64,000 nt of DNA. Source: Cenococcum geophilum (Eukaryota). The first letter of the stretch is position 1. Each line of letters starts with the position of its first letter. The stretch is taken from contig CP158636.1 of assembly GCA_050273025.1 (NCBI GenBank), forward strand, positions 8,866,001 to 8,930,000, written 5' to 3'. Shown here one piece after another: positions 40,501 to 52,400 of this stretch. The notes under the pieces were generated by a model. The model did not search any database. It was not told the DNA's origin and worked only from the letters and a program-made list of their open reading frames with translations. Position numbers and translations under genes: made by a program.

Positions 40501-41259
40501 ACCGCATATTATCCACAGACAGACGGTTAAACGGAAAGATTAAACTAGACACTAGAGTAGTATCTAAGGCACTATATTAATCACGTACAGAATAATTAGG
40601 TATTACTATTACTAGTTATATAGTTTATATACAATGCAACACCATAAGAAGGAATGGGTATGTTACTATTTAAGGCGAATTATGGATATAAGCTAAGAAC
40701 ATTATTATCGCTACGTTAAGTAAAGAAAATAAGTAGTAAAGCTAAGTAAAGAATAGAAACTTTAATAAATCTTTATATAAACCTTACGGAAATAGCTAAA
40801 ACAGTATAGTAAAGAATAAAAAAGTACTATAATGCTAAGAGATCTAAGGGACCAGATCTTAAGGAGGGAGATAAAGTATAGCTACTATATAAAAATTTTA
40901 AGCGTTGACGACTAAGTAAGAAGTTGGACTATGTTAGATTAGGACCTTTCGAAATTATATAGAGGATTTTATTAGTTATATTTAAGTTAAACCTACTAGC
41001 CAAAATGAAGATCTACCCTATATAGTATATCGTAATACTAGAGCCAGTATATGGGAATATTAAGTTACTAACCTACGAAGCAGACACGTATAGAGGACAA
41101 GAAGAAGACAAATAGCAAGTTTTAAAGATCGTTAGTTATAAGAACATAGACGGTAAAATATAGTACGAAGTAAAGTAGATAGGCTACAACAAGACTACCT
41201 AGAAACCACTAGAGAATTTAAAGAACGCTATAGGAAAGGTATAGGAGTATCGGAAGAAA

Positions 41260-41882
41260 ATAGGTTAGGCAATATTAATAAGGAAGAATCGCTAAAAAAT
41301 AAGTTACCTAAGAGGGACCTAGGAAGAGCAACTGCCGAACTACTTAAAGTTATTCCCCCCACTATAGGAGGAGAGTTAGTTCTCTTATTACCTAGTTCCT
41401 AAAGACCTTATTAAATAAGCTTTTACTCCTTTAAACGAACTTTCTTACGGATATATTCTAAACGCTAAAAACGAGTATAAGCCAGACACTAAGCTTTAAG
41501 GACATATGCGGACTCTTTTAAGGCACGCTAAACCTTAAGCAGCGTAGAGGCTAGTTTACTATTAAGCTTTATAGCGGTAGATTAAACACAAAACCCTATA
41601 ACAAATTACTTAAGGAACTTAAAAACTATTAAGAGTAATAGGACGCGTATATTTAGCATTAGATATAGAACGAACATTATAAGATAAACGTATGTTAGCG
41701 CGAGTGTATTTAGAATAGGAGGAAGGTTAGTAACTAGAAGGACTCGCAATTATAACGCAACTTAACCCCTCTTCTGCACAATAAGAGCAAGGAATCGCTA
41801 TTACTTTACCTAGCGATAGTATCAAGGAAACGGTACGAAGGCGACGCTCAACTCAAGAGAGAGAAGAAATTGCTTTAGGTAT
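41260..41882 (-). pseudogene. Antisense accessory gene of Gypsy B (Zn2Cys6-like, spliced)
   Basis: (M)PKAISS...RRLRTVSLILSLG...IPCSYCAEEGLSCVIIASPSS..PSS(C)S.(C)TRANIR.S(C)NVRS; same intron position as in C. Confidence 0.75.
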
Positions 41883-44800
41883 AATAAGCAATAATATTAA
41901 CTAAATTAATTAGACGGACATTATACCTCTAGTAAACGACCTAGAGATAATAGGTATCTTTAAGGACGAAGATAAAGAGGAGGAAGATGGTGTTACGGAC
42001 GCTTTAAGTATAATGTTACAACTACTTAGAGAAGAGTTAAAAGAAGCTAGTTGGTTAATATAGGCACGGACCAGGATGGAACCCGTGGAACTATATAATG
42101 AGGAATAGTAAGCGAGTTATATAATAGTTAAACGTGTTAGCTGTGTTAAATGTAAGGAACGTCACGTCTAATATAGATAAGACGTACATTATGTATAAGA
42201 AGGATTTCTTAGAAGTACGGTTGTGTATTTAAGGACCCTTAGTCCCTACCTAGATAGTTCCTTCCTTGTAGTAATTCTCAGAATACAATTAAAGTTAATC
42301 TATTAGGCAACCACTCCACCAGTTGTTATTACGTTGTTAACTTACTTGCAATACCTACATACCTAGCCTATTAATAAGTCTACCGTAGTCCCTACTATAA
42401 GGCTTCGTTATATAGACCTAGAGAAATACTATATCCTTACTATACAAGAACCGTATTATAATACCTTCATATAATTAATATACTGCCCCTAAGGATTCTA
42501 GCTCCTATATAAACTAAAAGCAGCCATATATATGTGCTTTATAATTAGCAAGGCTATTAGCCTATCCTTATAGTTATAATAGGCAGTTAACCTAAATATT
42601 ATAGTTATAATAATCTAAACATATAGGGGACTGGTACAAATTATTAATATATATAACCCTAGGGTTAAAGGGGTCCTATAAATAGAGAATATTATATTAG
42701 TAATAAGCTTACTAGAAACTAAAGGTATAGAGTTTATCCTACTAGAAGATATAAACCTCTACTACCCGTAGTAGGGGGGTATCTATATTACTATAGATTA
42801 ACAGTTAGAGTGCCTACTAAGAGCTATAAATATCTAGGGCCTTAAGCTAGCTACCCCCTAGGAGCAATTATATAGCAATGAGGTACCGCTAAAAGTATAA
42901 TTAACCTTATATTTATGGACGAAGGCCTATACTAGAGACTTAAAAGGTATAACCCTAAAGAAGAATAGGCACTTACCTTAGACTATATCCCTATTTAAAT
43001 ATAGCTAGACCTAGATACTAAAGCGTAACTAAATAGAAAAAGATACGCAATAAGGAAGCTTAAGATAGATAGTTTCCTTAATGCAGTTAAATAATAACTC
43101 TAAGACCTAAAAGAAATCTACCTAATACTAAACAAGCGAGGCTTATTGGCCACCCCTAAGGAAATTAACCGAAGACTAGAAAGGATCTAGGCAGCGATTA
43201 AAAATAGGCTAAAAGAGCACTGCCCGATCTTAAAACTGGGCCCCTACGCGCGATATATATAGTCTATATAATACGCAGTTCTAGTTGCTAGCTAATAATA
43301 AGTAAGAAGGAAATATATAAGTAGCTATAACCCTAAAGACAAGAGACGATATAAAGACATAAGAAACTAGCTAAAGAATACCCTAAAAAAAGAAGTAAGG
43401 AATAACTGGAGACGGTTTATAAATAAGCATACTTTTAACCTAAGCCTCCCCTATAATAAGGGCCTTTAGGCTATAGTAAAATGGGTAAAGAAAAAGGCAG
43501 GGCGCCTAGCAGAAGACCTATACCTACCACCCCTATAAAGAGTAGGAGAATTATAGGCTATAAATAACAATAATAAGAAGGCAAAGATCCTTATAGAAAG
43601 GTTCTTCCCCTAACTAGCTTTAGCAGACCTTAGTAATATTACAGGCGAAATACCAGTGACTTGCCTATGGGTTAATAGCGATATAATAATAGAGGAAATA
43701 GCTAGAACTATTAGCCGCCTTTTAAATAATATAGTACTAGGACCAGATAGGATTCTAAATAAGGCCCTAAAAACCTGTGGGCTACTTATAGCACCTTAGC
43801 TTACAGATGTAGCCAGAGCATACTTTGCTATAGGCTACTACCTATAACTTAGAAGATCTATAATGATGGTTGTCCTATAAAAAGAAGGTAAAGCAGATTA
43901 CTTAATCCCAGGAAGCTACCGCCCTATTACCTTAGAAAATACCCTTAGTAAGATCTTAGAAAGGGTAATAGCGGAATATATAGTAGACATGGTAGAGGAA
44001 TACGCCCTACTACTATAAAGCTAAATAGGGGCAAGAAAGAACCGCTTAATACTATTAGCATTTACGCTACTCGCTACCACCATTAAATCTGCATAGGCGA
44101 TGCGAAAGGGCTTTATAGTATTAATGCTTAGCCTAGATATTAGTGGTACCTACAATAATATACCCCACAAGCGTCTCCTATATATCCTTAGGGTAAAGGG
44201 CTTCTTAGAATGGATTATATAATTTATCTAAGGGTTTATAGGCTAGAAAGAAATATTACTGGTCTTTAGCGGATACCAGAGCCCCCTTATCGCAGTTATA
44301 ACAGGAATACTATAAAAATTACCCCTCTTGCTTATACTTTTCCTTTTCTTTATAAGCAACCTACTTAACTTCTTTAAGGAAGGGGCGACCTAGGGGATAG
44401 GTTTTATTAATAATACAAACCTAATTATATACGGGCTAATAGCCGTAGAGAATTACAGAATACTAGAGAAAGCCTATAATACTTATATAGAATAGGCAAA
44501 ACGTTATAGAGTCTAATTCTTACTAGAGAAATACCAGCTAATCCATTTTATAAGAAAACGTAACTAATCTGTAGATCTCTAATATATAATTCGCATTTAA
44601 GGCTTTAAGGGTTAACCAGTTTAGGGCCTAAGGGTATTAGGAGTATAGGTAGATAGTAAGCTCCGGTAGAGCGCATATATAGCATAAGTAGCCTATAAAG
44701 GCCAAGCACAGTTTATCGCTTTATCTAGGATTATTAATTTTATATGGGGTCTATACTTCTAGAGGTTACGCCTACTATATATAGCAGTTATCCGGCCAAC

Positions 44801-46043
44801 TATGATATATAAATCCAGTATTTAGGCCATTAGAGAAACTAAAAAGGGCCCCCCTAAATTACTCCTTAAACCACTTTAAAAGGTCTAAATAGCCTACCTT
44901 TAGAGTATTATAGGTGGGTACAAGCGAACGGCTACAGTACTACTTAAGAAGGAATCTAATATTCCCCCCCTATAGTTATATATTAAAGCCGCTATAATAT
45001 AAAGGACGTAAAATAAACGCAACTCTAATATTATAAAGTATATTAAGACACGCCTAAGTAAACTATAGAGGGACCCTAGGGTGCCCTATAGGAGAACAAA
45101 CCAACAACCCTAAAATAGGGAAGAGATATTAGAGAAACAGGTAAAGAAAGTAGAAGAAGAATAGTACCGCTTTAGGGCCCAGGCCTATATAGAGGAGGAA
45201 GGGAGACGTATAAGAGGTTAATAAAGACAACAGTAAGATAGAGAAAGGAGCTAAAGTAGAATATATAAGAACGCCAGGAAACCATCTACTATAATATAAT
45301 ACTGGTTAGACTAACGCTAGAGAGGTAAATAGGAGTTAAAGGTATAGAGGCTAACTTAAGTAAGATAAACCTAAGCTATAGTATAGTTAATACTATAGGG
45401 GGTAAATACTTAAGGGCTCCAAGAAGGCCTAATAAAGGTAAAAAACATAATAGTAACACTCTTAAGAACAGGAATAATAGAACTAAAAGATTGGCTTTAC
45501 TGGGTGGGTATCCTAATAGGTAGCCTAAGATGTAAATATGGCTAGCTAAGACAGACACTAAAACACATAATACTGCTATGCCCCCTATATACTAATTAAA
45601 AAATAATACTTTTAGTAGCTAGCATAGAGAACTATAATACACTGCTCTTAATATAAAAAGGCCTTAAGGCGGTTACCTAGTGGCTTATTAGTTAAAATAT
45701 GCTAAATTAGTTTTAGGTTGTAAGGGAAATGGTAATAAAAGGCAAGGGGGCGAGCAGTAGGTGCCCCCTAGTAACTCTACAGTAGTAGAGTAATAGTTTA
45801 TAATACTAGCGCGTCCATAGGCTTATTACGGCAGTAGTGGTTCCTAAAGAGGTTAAACAGTAAGGTAGTAAAGCACTATAGGCAACTCGTAGGCGCTAAG
45901 TAGGCGAGTCCCAAAAGGCGGGGAGATGGATTATGGGGTTTTCTTATTTTTCTTAAATAGAGTTTTCTCCCCATATGTAAATAAGGAGTAGTCCGCGTGG
46001 GCCCAATAGGGATCCAAATCGGACGTTAAGCAATGAATTATTA

Positions 46044-47772
46044 TAATAATCTTATAAGTCTTATTTTTTTTAGGGTAGGCCGTAGAGACCTAGGTATAAG
46101 CTTTGGCAATAAGCTAGGTCTATAACTTCCATTTCTTAGCTACTACTAGCTATTCTTAATACTTAAGTGGTCCGTTTTTAAGGGACTATAAGCTAGTAAT
46201 GTTTTTTTACCTTTTTATAGTACTCCTATAGAGAGGGGGTTGTTTAGTTAGCCTATAGTAGTTTATTAATAAAGTTAAGTTTAAAGGAGTTAATAAAATA
46301 TATCTTAGCGTCTAAGGAGTCTATATTTAGTTCTACCTATATTTAGGGGTTAAGGTATTTTAGTTATAGTAATATCTAGGTTTTATTTGCGCCTTATAAA
46401 AGTGTCTATACCGTTTATAGCGCCTAGCCTATATATAATTAAGAAGTTAAACTAAGATAAGATATCCGCCTAGTGTACCTGCCGGGCTATAAGGGCCTTA
46501 GTTATTATAAAGTATTCTAGGGCCTTATAATCTAAAACTACCTTAATTAGCTTAGGGGTCCCTCTAGCTATACGCGCGAATGCTAAAAGTTAGAGATAAT
46601 AGCTAGCATTTCTTTATTTTAGATATGGTAGTTTAGCTTAGCATCTATTATAGTCTTTAAATAGTATATAATAGGGTACTATTCTCCATCCAGTTGCTTT
46701 TAGGAAAAAATGCTAGCTATTATACTGTCTAAGATATTAGTTTCTAGTATTAAGGGCCGTTTTAAGTTAAAATAGGTAAGTAGGGGAGCCGATACTAGCC
46801 GTTTTTTAAGCTTATTAAAGGCCTGCCTATATATAGTGTTAAAGTAAAAGGGCTAGTCTTTTCTAGTAAGACGGTTAAGAGGCTAGGTAATCCTACTATA
46901 GTTTTTAATAAAGCGTTAGTAGAAGTTATAAAAACCTAAAGATAATTATACCCCCTTTGTAGTCCGTAGGGGTACCTACTAGTTAATTATAGCTATCTTT
47001 TCTAGGTTAGCTTTAATTCCGTTTATACTAATAATAAAACCTAGGTACTTTATACATTTAATACTAAACTCTAACTTCTTAATATTTACCTAAAGGCTAG
47101 CCTTACGGAGCCGTTATAGGACTTTATAAACGTGCTCCTTATATTCTAGCTCGTTTTTAAAGTAAATTATAACATTAATTAAATAGGCCGTATAAAAGTT
47201 GTTAAGGTAGTTAAAGAGTATATTATTTATATACCGCTAGTATATAGTTAGTCCGTTAGTTAGTCTAAAAGGAAGTACTTTATATTTATACGTTCTATAA
47301 TAGGTTTAAAATATAGTAAGATTCTTAGACCTAGGGTTTATCCTAATTTAGTAAAAGGCCTAGCAGATATTAAGCTTTATAAAGACCTTAGCTCTACTTA
47401 TTTAGGCTAAAGTCTTATTAAATAGGGGCAGCGGATAGCAGTCCTTATAGGTTATATTATTTAGCTTATAGTAGTTAATATAGAAGTAGAGTCCTTAATT
47501 TAGCTTTTTAATAATAAAAAATAGGTAAGATAAAAAGGGCTTAGCTAGGCTTAATAAAGCCCTTATTTAGGTTATTAATAAGATACTATTTTATAGCCTA
47601 TAATTTAGTAATAAACTACTTATAGAGGGGCTAAAGCTAAGGGTGTTTTCCTTACCCTACTTAATCTTAATCTTATAGTTATATAGTTAGTAAGGTAGAA
47701 GTATATTAAATACTACTTTAGAAAATATATCCTTAAATTTCTAGTATTAATAGGGCAGCTTTTATTCTACTA
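46044..47772 (-). mobile_element. Gypsy element A continuation: integrase N-terminus, RNase H, RT; 5' half missing
   Basis: Continues in register after the LINE TSD; RT remnants (DCYPLP-like ~47430; PF(G)LTNG ~47260); ends abruptly at the RT N-terminus. Confidence 0.88.
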
Positions 47773-48427
47773 CGTTTTAACTATAAATAGTTTTTTTATG
47801 CCTTATAAGAATGCTCTTTATTCCTTTAGTACTGCGATTATACCTAGTAACTCCTTATTATAGATATTATAGTTTAGCTCTAGTAGTGTTATCTTCTAAC
47901 TATAATATACTACTAGGTACTATCTATTTTAATATTTCTATATAAAGCATACCCCTAGTATATAGTCTAATATATCTATCTCTACAACTATCTCTAGTCC
48001 TAGTTAATAGATCTTAAGAACTAGCTCCTAGGTAAATATATCTTTAACCTTTTTAAATAATTCTTACTGCTCCTTTCCCTATACCCATAGTTCTTCTTTC
48101 TTCGTTAATCGCGTAAATAGCTTAATATCCTTTAACTATTGCGCTATAAACCTTCTACAGTAATTACAAAACCCTAGAAATAATCTCAATTGCGTAACAT
48201 TCTCCGGCTCTTACCAATTTACTATAGCCTTAATCTTTTTTAGATCTATACTAAGTTAGCCTAGTTTAATAATAAATCTAATAAAATCGGTCTTCCTAGT
48301 AAAGAATTTGTATTTCTTAATCGCTACTAGTATTTATTCTTTTTATAGTCTCTATTACAGAGTGAGTATAAGCGGCGATAATATATAGCAAGGTAGATAT
48401 TATTAAGCTATGTATATAAACTATATA

Positions 48428-48513
48428 GGCCGTCGAAAACGGACTCTACACCTGTACGTGGTGACGGCTACGAACCTGGGTCTTTGAAGTTCAGACCCAG
48501 AGCCAACGCAGAG
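48428..48513 (+). ncRNA. HDV-like self-cleaving ribozyme
   Basis: P1 GGCCGUC(48428-34)/GACGGCU(48463-69) with G-U at position 1; P2 CUCUAC(48444-49)/GCAGAG(48508-13) with one A-C mismatch; P3 ACC/GGU; L3 UGUACGU; P1.1 GU/AC; P4 CUGGGUCU/AGACCCAG; J4/2 C48503-CAAC. Confidence 0.85.
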
Positions 48514-49449
48514 ACGTCGCACAGCGTGCGATACGACATGGTGGTGGTGGTTGCGAGTAGTGTGGGCAGTAGTGAAAAGTTTTCACATGGGATGGTGAGA
48601 TCTCGAAAACCACCACCGTTGGTACCCCCTTACGATAGCAGCTACTATACTACTATTCTCCTATCAGGAGGCACCTGTACAATCTAGCATAGATGCACAG
48701 CATTCGAAAGCATCCCCTGACCCCCAATAGAAAGCATTAACGACCTCTTATATTGACGAACGAGCGAATGCGAACAAGTAACGAGCAACAAGCAAATATA
48801 CGGCCCCTCCTAACCCCCAGGGCGATCGCCCGCGGAGCATGCGGTCACTCGCCGTTAGCAAGTACCAAATACCCAGCAGCCTGGATTGCGACCCACGGTT
48901 TTCCTTGTCTCCTTTCAACGGAGTAGTGACCCTTAGAAAGGGCCTAGCTGGGGCCTAGGCATAAAAGATACCTAATACAATATATCCCGCTGTTAGTATT
49001 ACGGTAATTAGAACGGATGAATCCCCCTTATGCCTTCGATAGGCCCTAGGGGGGGGGAGGCATGGCGTATATAACAATGGTTAAATAAGAGATAGTATAT
49101 AGGGGATGGCTAAGATATGGGAAACAATAGTAAGATACAGCAATTAAGTGGCAAGGCCTAGCTGGGACGTAGTAAACCCTAGCTTGGATAAGCTAGAGAA
49201 GGAAGTAGTAGTTCCCAAGGAGTTCGAACATCTAAGGAGGATAGGACGTAGCTATAGGCCCATAGGGCCGCTGCTACGTGCGGATATGGTAAACGGGGTT
49301 TTTTATCCTACTAAGGTGGCTCATAGGGTTTTTCCTCCCCCCCAGCAGCAAGAGTTTTTTCCCATTAATATTACTTTTCCCTTATGTACGGAGTAGTCTG
49401 CGTGGGGCTAGATAGCATCCGTATCAGACGTTAATTAAAGAAGAATTAT
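48428..49449 (+). mobile_element. Non-autonomous non-LTR retroelement (1022 bp; SINE-like or internally deleted LINE)
   Basis: 15-bp TSD TATATAAACT(A/G)TATA at 48413-48427 and 49450-49464; absent from the sister LTR; 3' end GGAGTAGTCTGCGTGGG...ATCC..ATCAGACGTTAA...GAATTAT matches the LINE G end at 45985-46043. Confidence 0.9.
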
Positions 49450-52400
49450 TATATAAACTGTATAAGGAGGTTAAGACGTTGCGTAAGGAAAGAAGGTAGG
49501 AAAACGGGAAGAAAGGGTATATATCTTTAACTTAGTTGCTTAGTTAATACGTATATAGGGCAGAATAGGGTTTAGGTTATAGTCCTAATAGAACTTAGCA
49601 GAATTCGGTAAAACTTGGCAGAATATAGTAGAATGCTATAGATTACCGTTAGATTGCTATTAGATTGCCGTTAAATTGCTATTTTACGGTTAGTCTTTAA
49701 TTGCTAAGTTGGTAGAAATAGGTAAACGTATATAAGGTGTTACAAGGGTGTTCCGTAATAGTACCCCCCCTTTAAACTTAAGCTTCTGCGAGATAGGGCT
49801 ATAGTAGTTCTAAGTAGAGTTTATAAAAGTCTTCTATAGCTTATATAAGTCCTATAGAGTTAACGGGTTCCCATAAGGACTTAGTAAAGCCTCTCCATTT
49901 TATAAAATATATATATTAGCGTTTCCGTTTATTATACTTAATATTATTAACTCTTTTAATAAAGTACTCGTTCTCACTATCTACTTTAACTAGTAGGGGA
50001 GGGTTTTATATCTATCTAGGCAGGGCGTCTAATACGGGGGTAATAGGACGGAGGACTGACGTATAAAATACGGGGTGGATTTTAACCGTATTAGGGAGCT
50101 TTAATTAGTAGGAGTAAGAGGAGACGACCTTCTTAACCTTATAAGGGCTAGCGTTCTTCTAATTAAGTTTCTTAGCAAGTCGTTCTATATTTAGATTTCT
50201 TATATCTAGCCAAATAAAGTTACTGATTTAGTAGGCTAGTACTAGGGTTTGTTTCTTATTTACTGCGGCTTTATAAATAGATTGGGCCTATATTATTTCA
50301 TTAGTAAGGAACTGTTATAGTTCCTCTATCTTTTCTATAAATTAATTTACTTCTATAATTTGTAAGGCTTAATAAGCGGGGTAAGGAACGTTACTAAAGG
50401 GTTTAAAACCCATTTATAGATACTAGCTATAGTTAGCCAGGAACGGGGAGACCTTTATGGTTTCTAAAACGGAATTATTTACTATAAACTTGGTGAATGT
50501 AAGCCAGTTAATCTAGTTATCTTATAAGTATAACGTGTATATCTAAATATACTGCTCCATTATAGTATTTATATATTTTATTTAACTATTTGTTTCTAAG
50601 TAGTATGCTATAAATAATAGTACTTTAATATAGAGTTGGGTAGTTAGTTCTTCCTAAAATATAGAAATAAACTGGCTGCCTTTATTAGAGATAATTGTTT
50701 TAGGGAGTCCGTAGAGTTTCTATATATAATCTAGAAACAGTCGGGTAATAGTAGGTGTTGATATATTAGGGTAGGCAATTAAGTGTCTTATTTTAGACAG
50801 TTGGTTTATAACTACTATAATATTTATACAGCCTTTACTTACGGGGAGATTAATAACGAAGTTAATTAAGATATCCTTCTATCTTCGGTCTGGAATAAGC
50901 AGTGGCTTTAAAAGGCCGTTATACATCTTATGCGAAGCTTTAGCTCGCCAGCAGATATAGCAGCTAGAGACGTACCTTCGTGTTATATTATACATATTCG
51001 GCTAATAGTATTCTCATTAAAGCAGTTCTAGGGTTTTTCTTTAGCCTAGGTGGCTGGCTATTGGTAGATCGTATACATATTTAAGGAGCTTAAGCTTAAG
51101 CTTATTATAATTAGGTATAATTAGACGGTTCTAGTAATATAGGCGGTTTCCGCGGGCTTTATATTTATTTAAAGAAATCTTTCTAGAGCGTTTAATGCTA
51201 TCTTGTATTAGTTTAAGCGTCTCTTAGATAAACTTATTATTTAGGTATTTATTAACTATAATCTATTCAATTGATTAATTAGTTATTTTAAGGACGTATA
51301 CCATAAGATCTTTAGTAGGAGGGTTAAATAGTTTAGGGCGAAGTAGGGTCTAATTTTGGTAAGAGCGCGCTTCTTCTAGGGCTAGCGCGTCTTACGAGCG
51401 TTAGGTTAGGGTATTAGGCTTTTAATCTTAAATACCTAGGCGGTATATAATTAAGAATTAAAAGCGTAATAGATATTCTAACTAGCGAGCCTAATAATAA
51501 CTTAACTGTTTTATAGTTGTGAAGTACTATAGGTTCTTATAGTCGCTAAGGACCTTAATTGGAAATCCGGCGCCTTCTAGTTTAGGTCGCCATTGCTTAA
51601 AGTATCTAATAATAGCTAGCAATTTTTTATTGTAGATCTTGTAATTGTATTTAGTAGGGCTTAGTTGCTTTAAGAAGTATACTATAGGGTATAATACTCC
51701 TTCTTTGTTGTATTAAGACAGAATGCCTTTAGTAACGTAATTAGATAAGTTGGCTTCTATAACACTTATTTATTTTAGGTTAAAGTATTAGAGTATAGGT
51801 ATAGTAGTAAATATAACCTTTAGATACGTAAAGGCCTTCTTATATTCTTTATTAAAGATAAAAGCTTTATCTTTTTGGGTTAGAGTAATAAGGGGTAAAA
51901 CTAAGGCGGAGAAGTTATTAATAAACTGTTAGTAGAAGTTAGCAAATCCTATAAAGGCTTTTATATCCTTAACGTTCTTAGGTTCCTACTAGTTTATAAT
52001 TACTTTAACTTTCTTTAGGTCTATTTATATACCGTTTATAAAAATAAGGAGTTTAAATATCTAATTATAGACTAGCTCTGTATAGGGCTTATAGGATAAG
52101 GTTAATGTATTTCCGATATTTAGTTAGGTTATTACTATATATTAGGATATTGTCAATATAAGCAGTATAGAAGATGTCTAGGTAGGGACGTAAGGTGTTA
52201 TTTATATAATATTAGAATAAACTCGGGGCATTTACGAGGCTAAATGGCGTTACTAAATATTTAAATAATCTATACCAAGTACGGAATATAGTAAGCTATT
52301 TATCTTCTTTTGCTATATAGAGGCGGTTAAATGTAGAGATAATATTAAGCTTTGTATAGTAGCGAGCCTTATTTAGTTAGTTTAATGTCTCCTATATTAA

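Larger units (their letters stand above)
26435..42412 (+). mobile_element. Full-length chromodomain Gypsy element B (LTRs 26435-26856 and 41991-42412), interrupted by element C
   Basis: Two 422-bp LTRs; TSD TAGAC (26430-26434, 42413-42417); gag, protease ALIDSGA (~38000), RT, RNase H, integrase HPQTDG (~40510), chromodomain (~41100-41290). Confidence 0.95.
25683..46043 (+). mobile_element. 5'-truncated Tad-like LINE G inserted in element A; itself split by Gypsy B
   Basis: 14-bp TSD TAATAATCTTATAA at 25669-25682 and 46044-46057; ORF1 knuckles GPHNTRHC...KCVNCHR at 25684-25750; endonuclease IL.IQEP at ~42430; RT GSYRPI.LENTL ~43910 and GF(VDD) ~44400. Confidence 0.92.

Noticed and set aside
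48428..48700. tRNA- or 5S-derived SINE head; ORFs 48484 and 49148
   Set aside because: No convincing A/B boxes or 5S similarity; the HDV fold explains the head, and the ORFs lack ATG starts or motifs.
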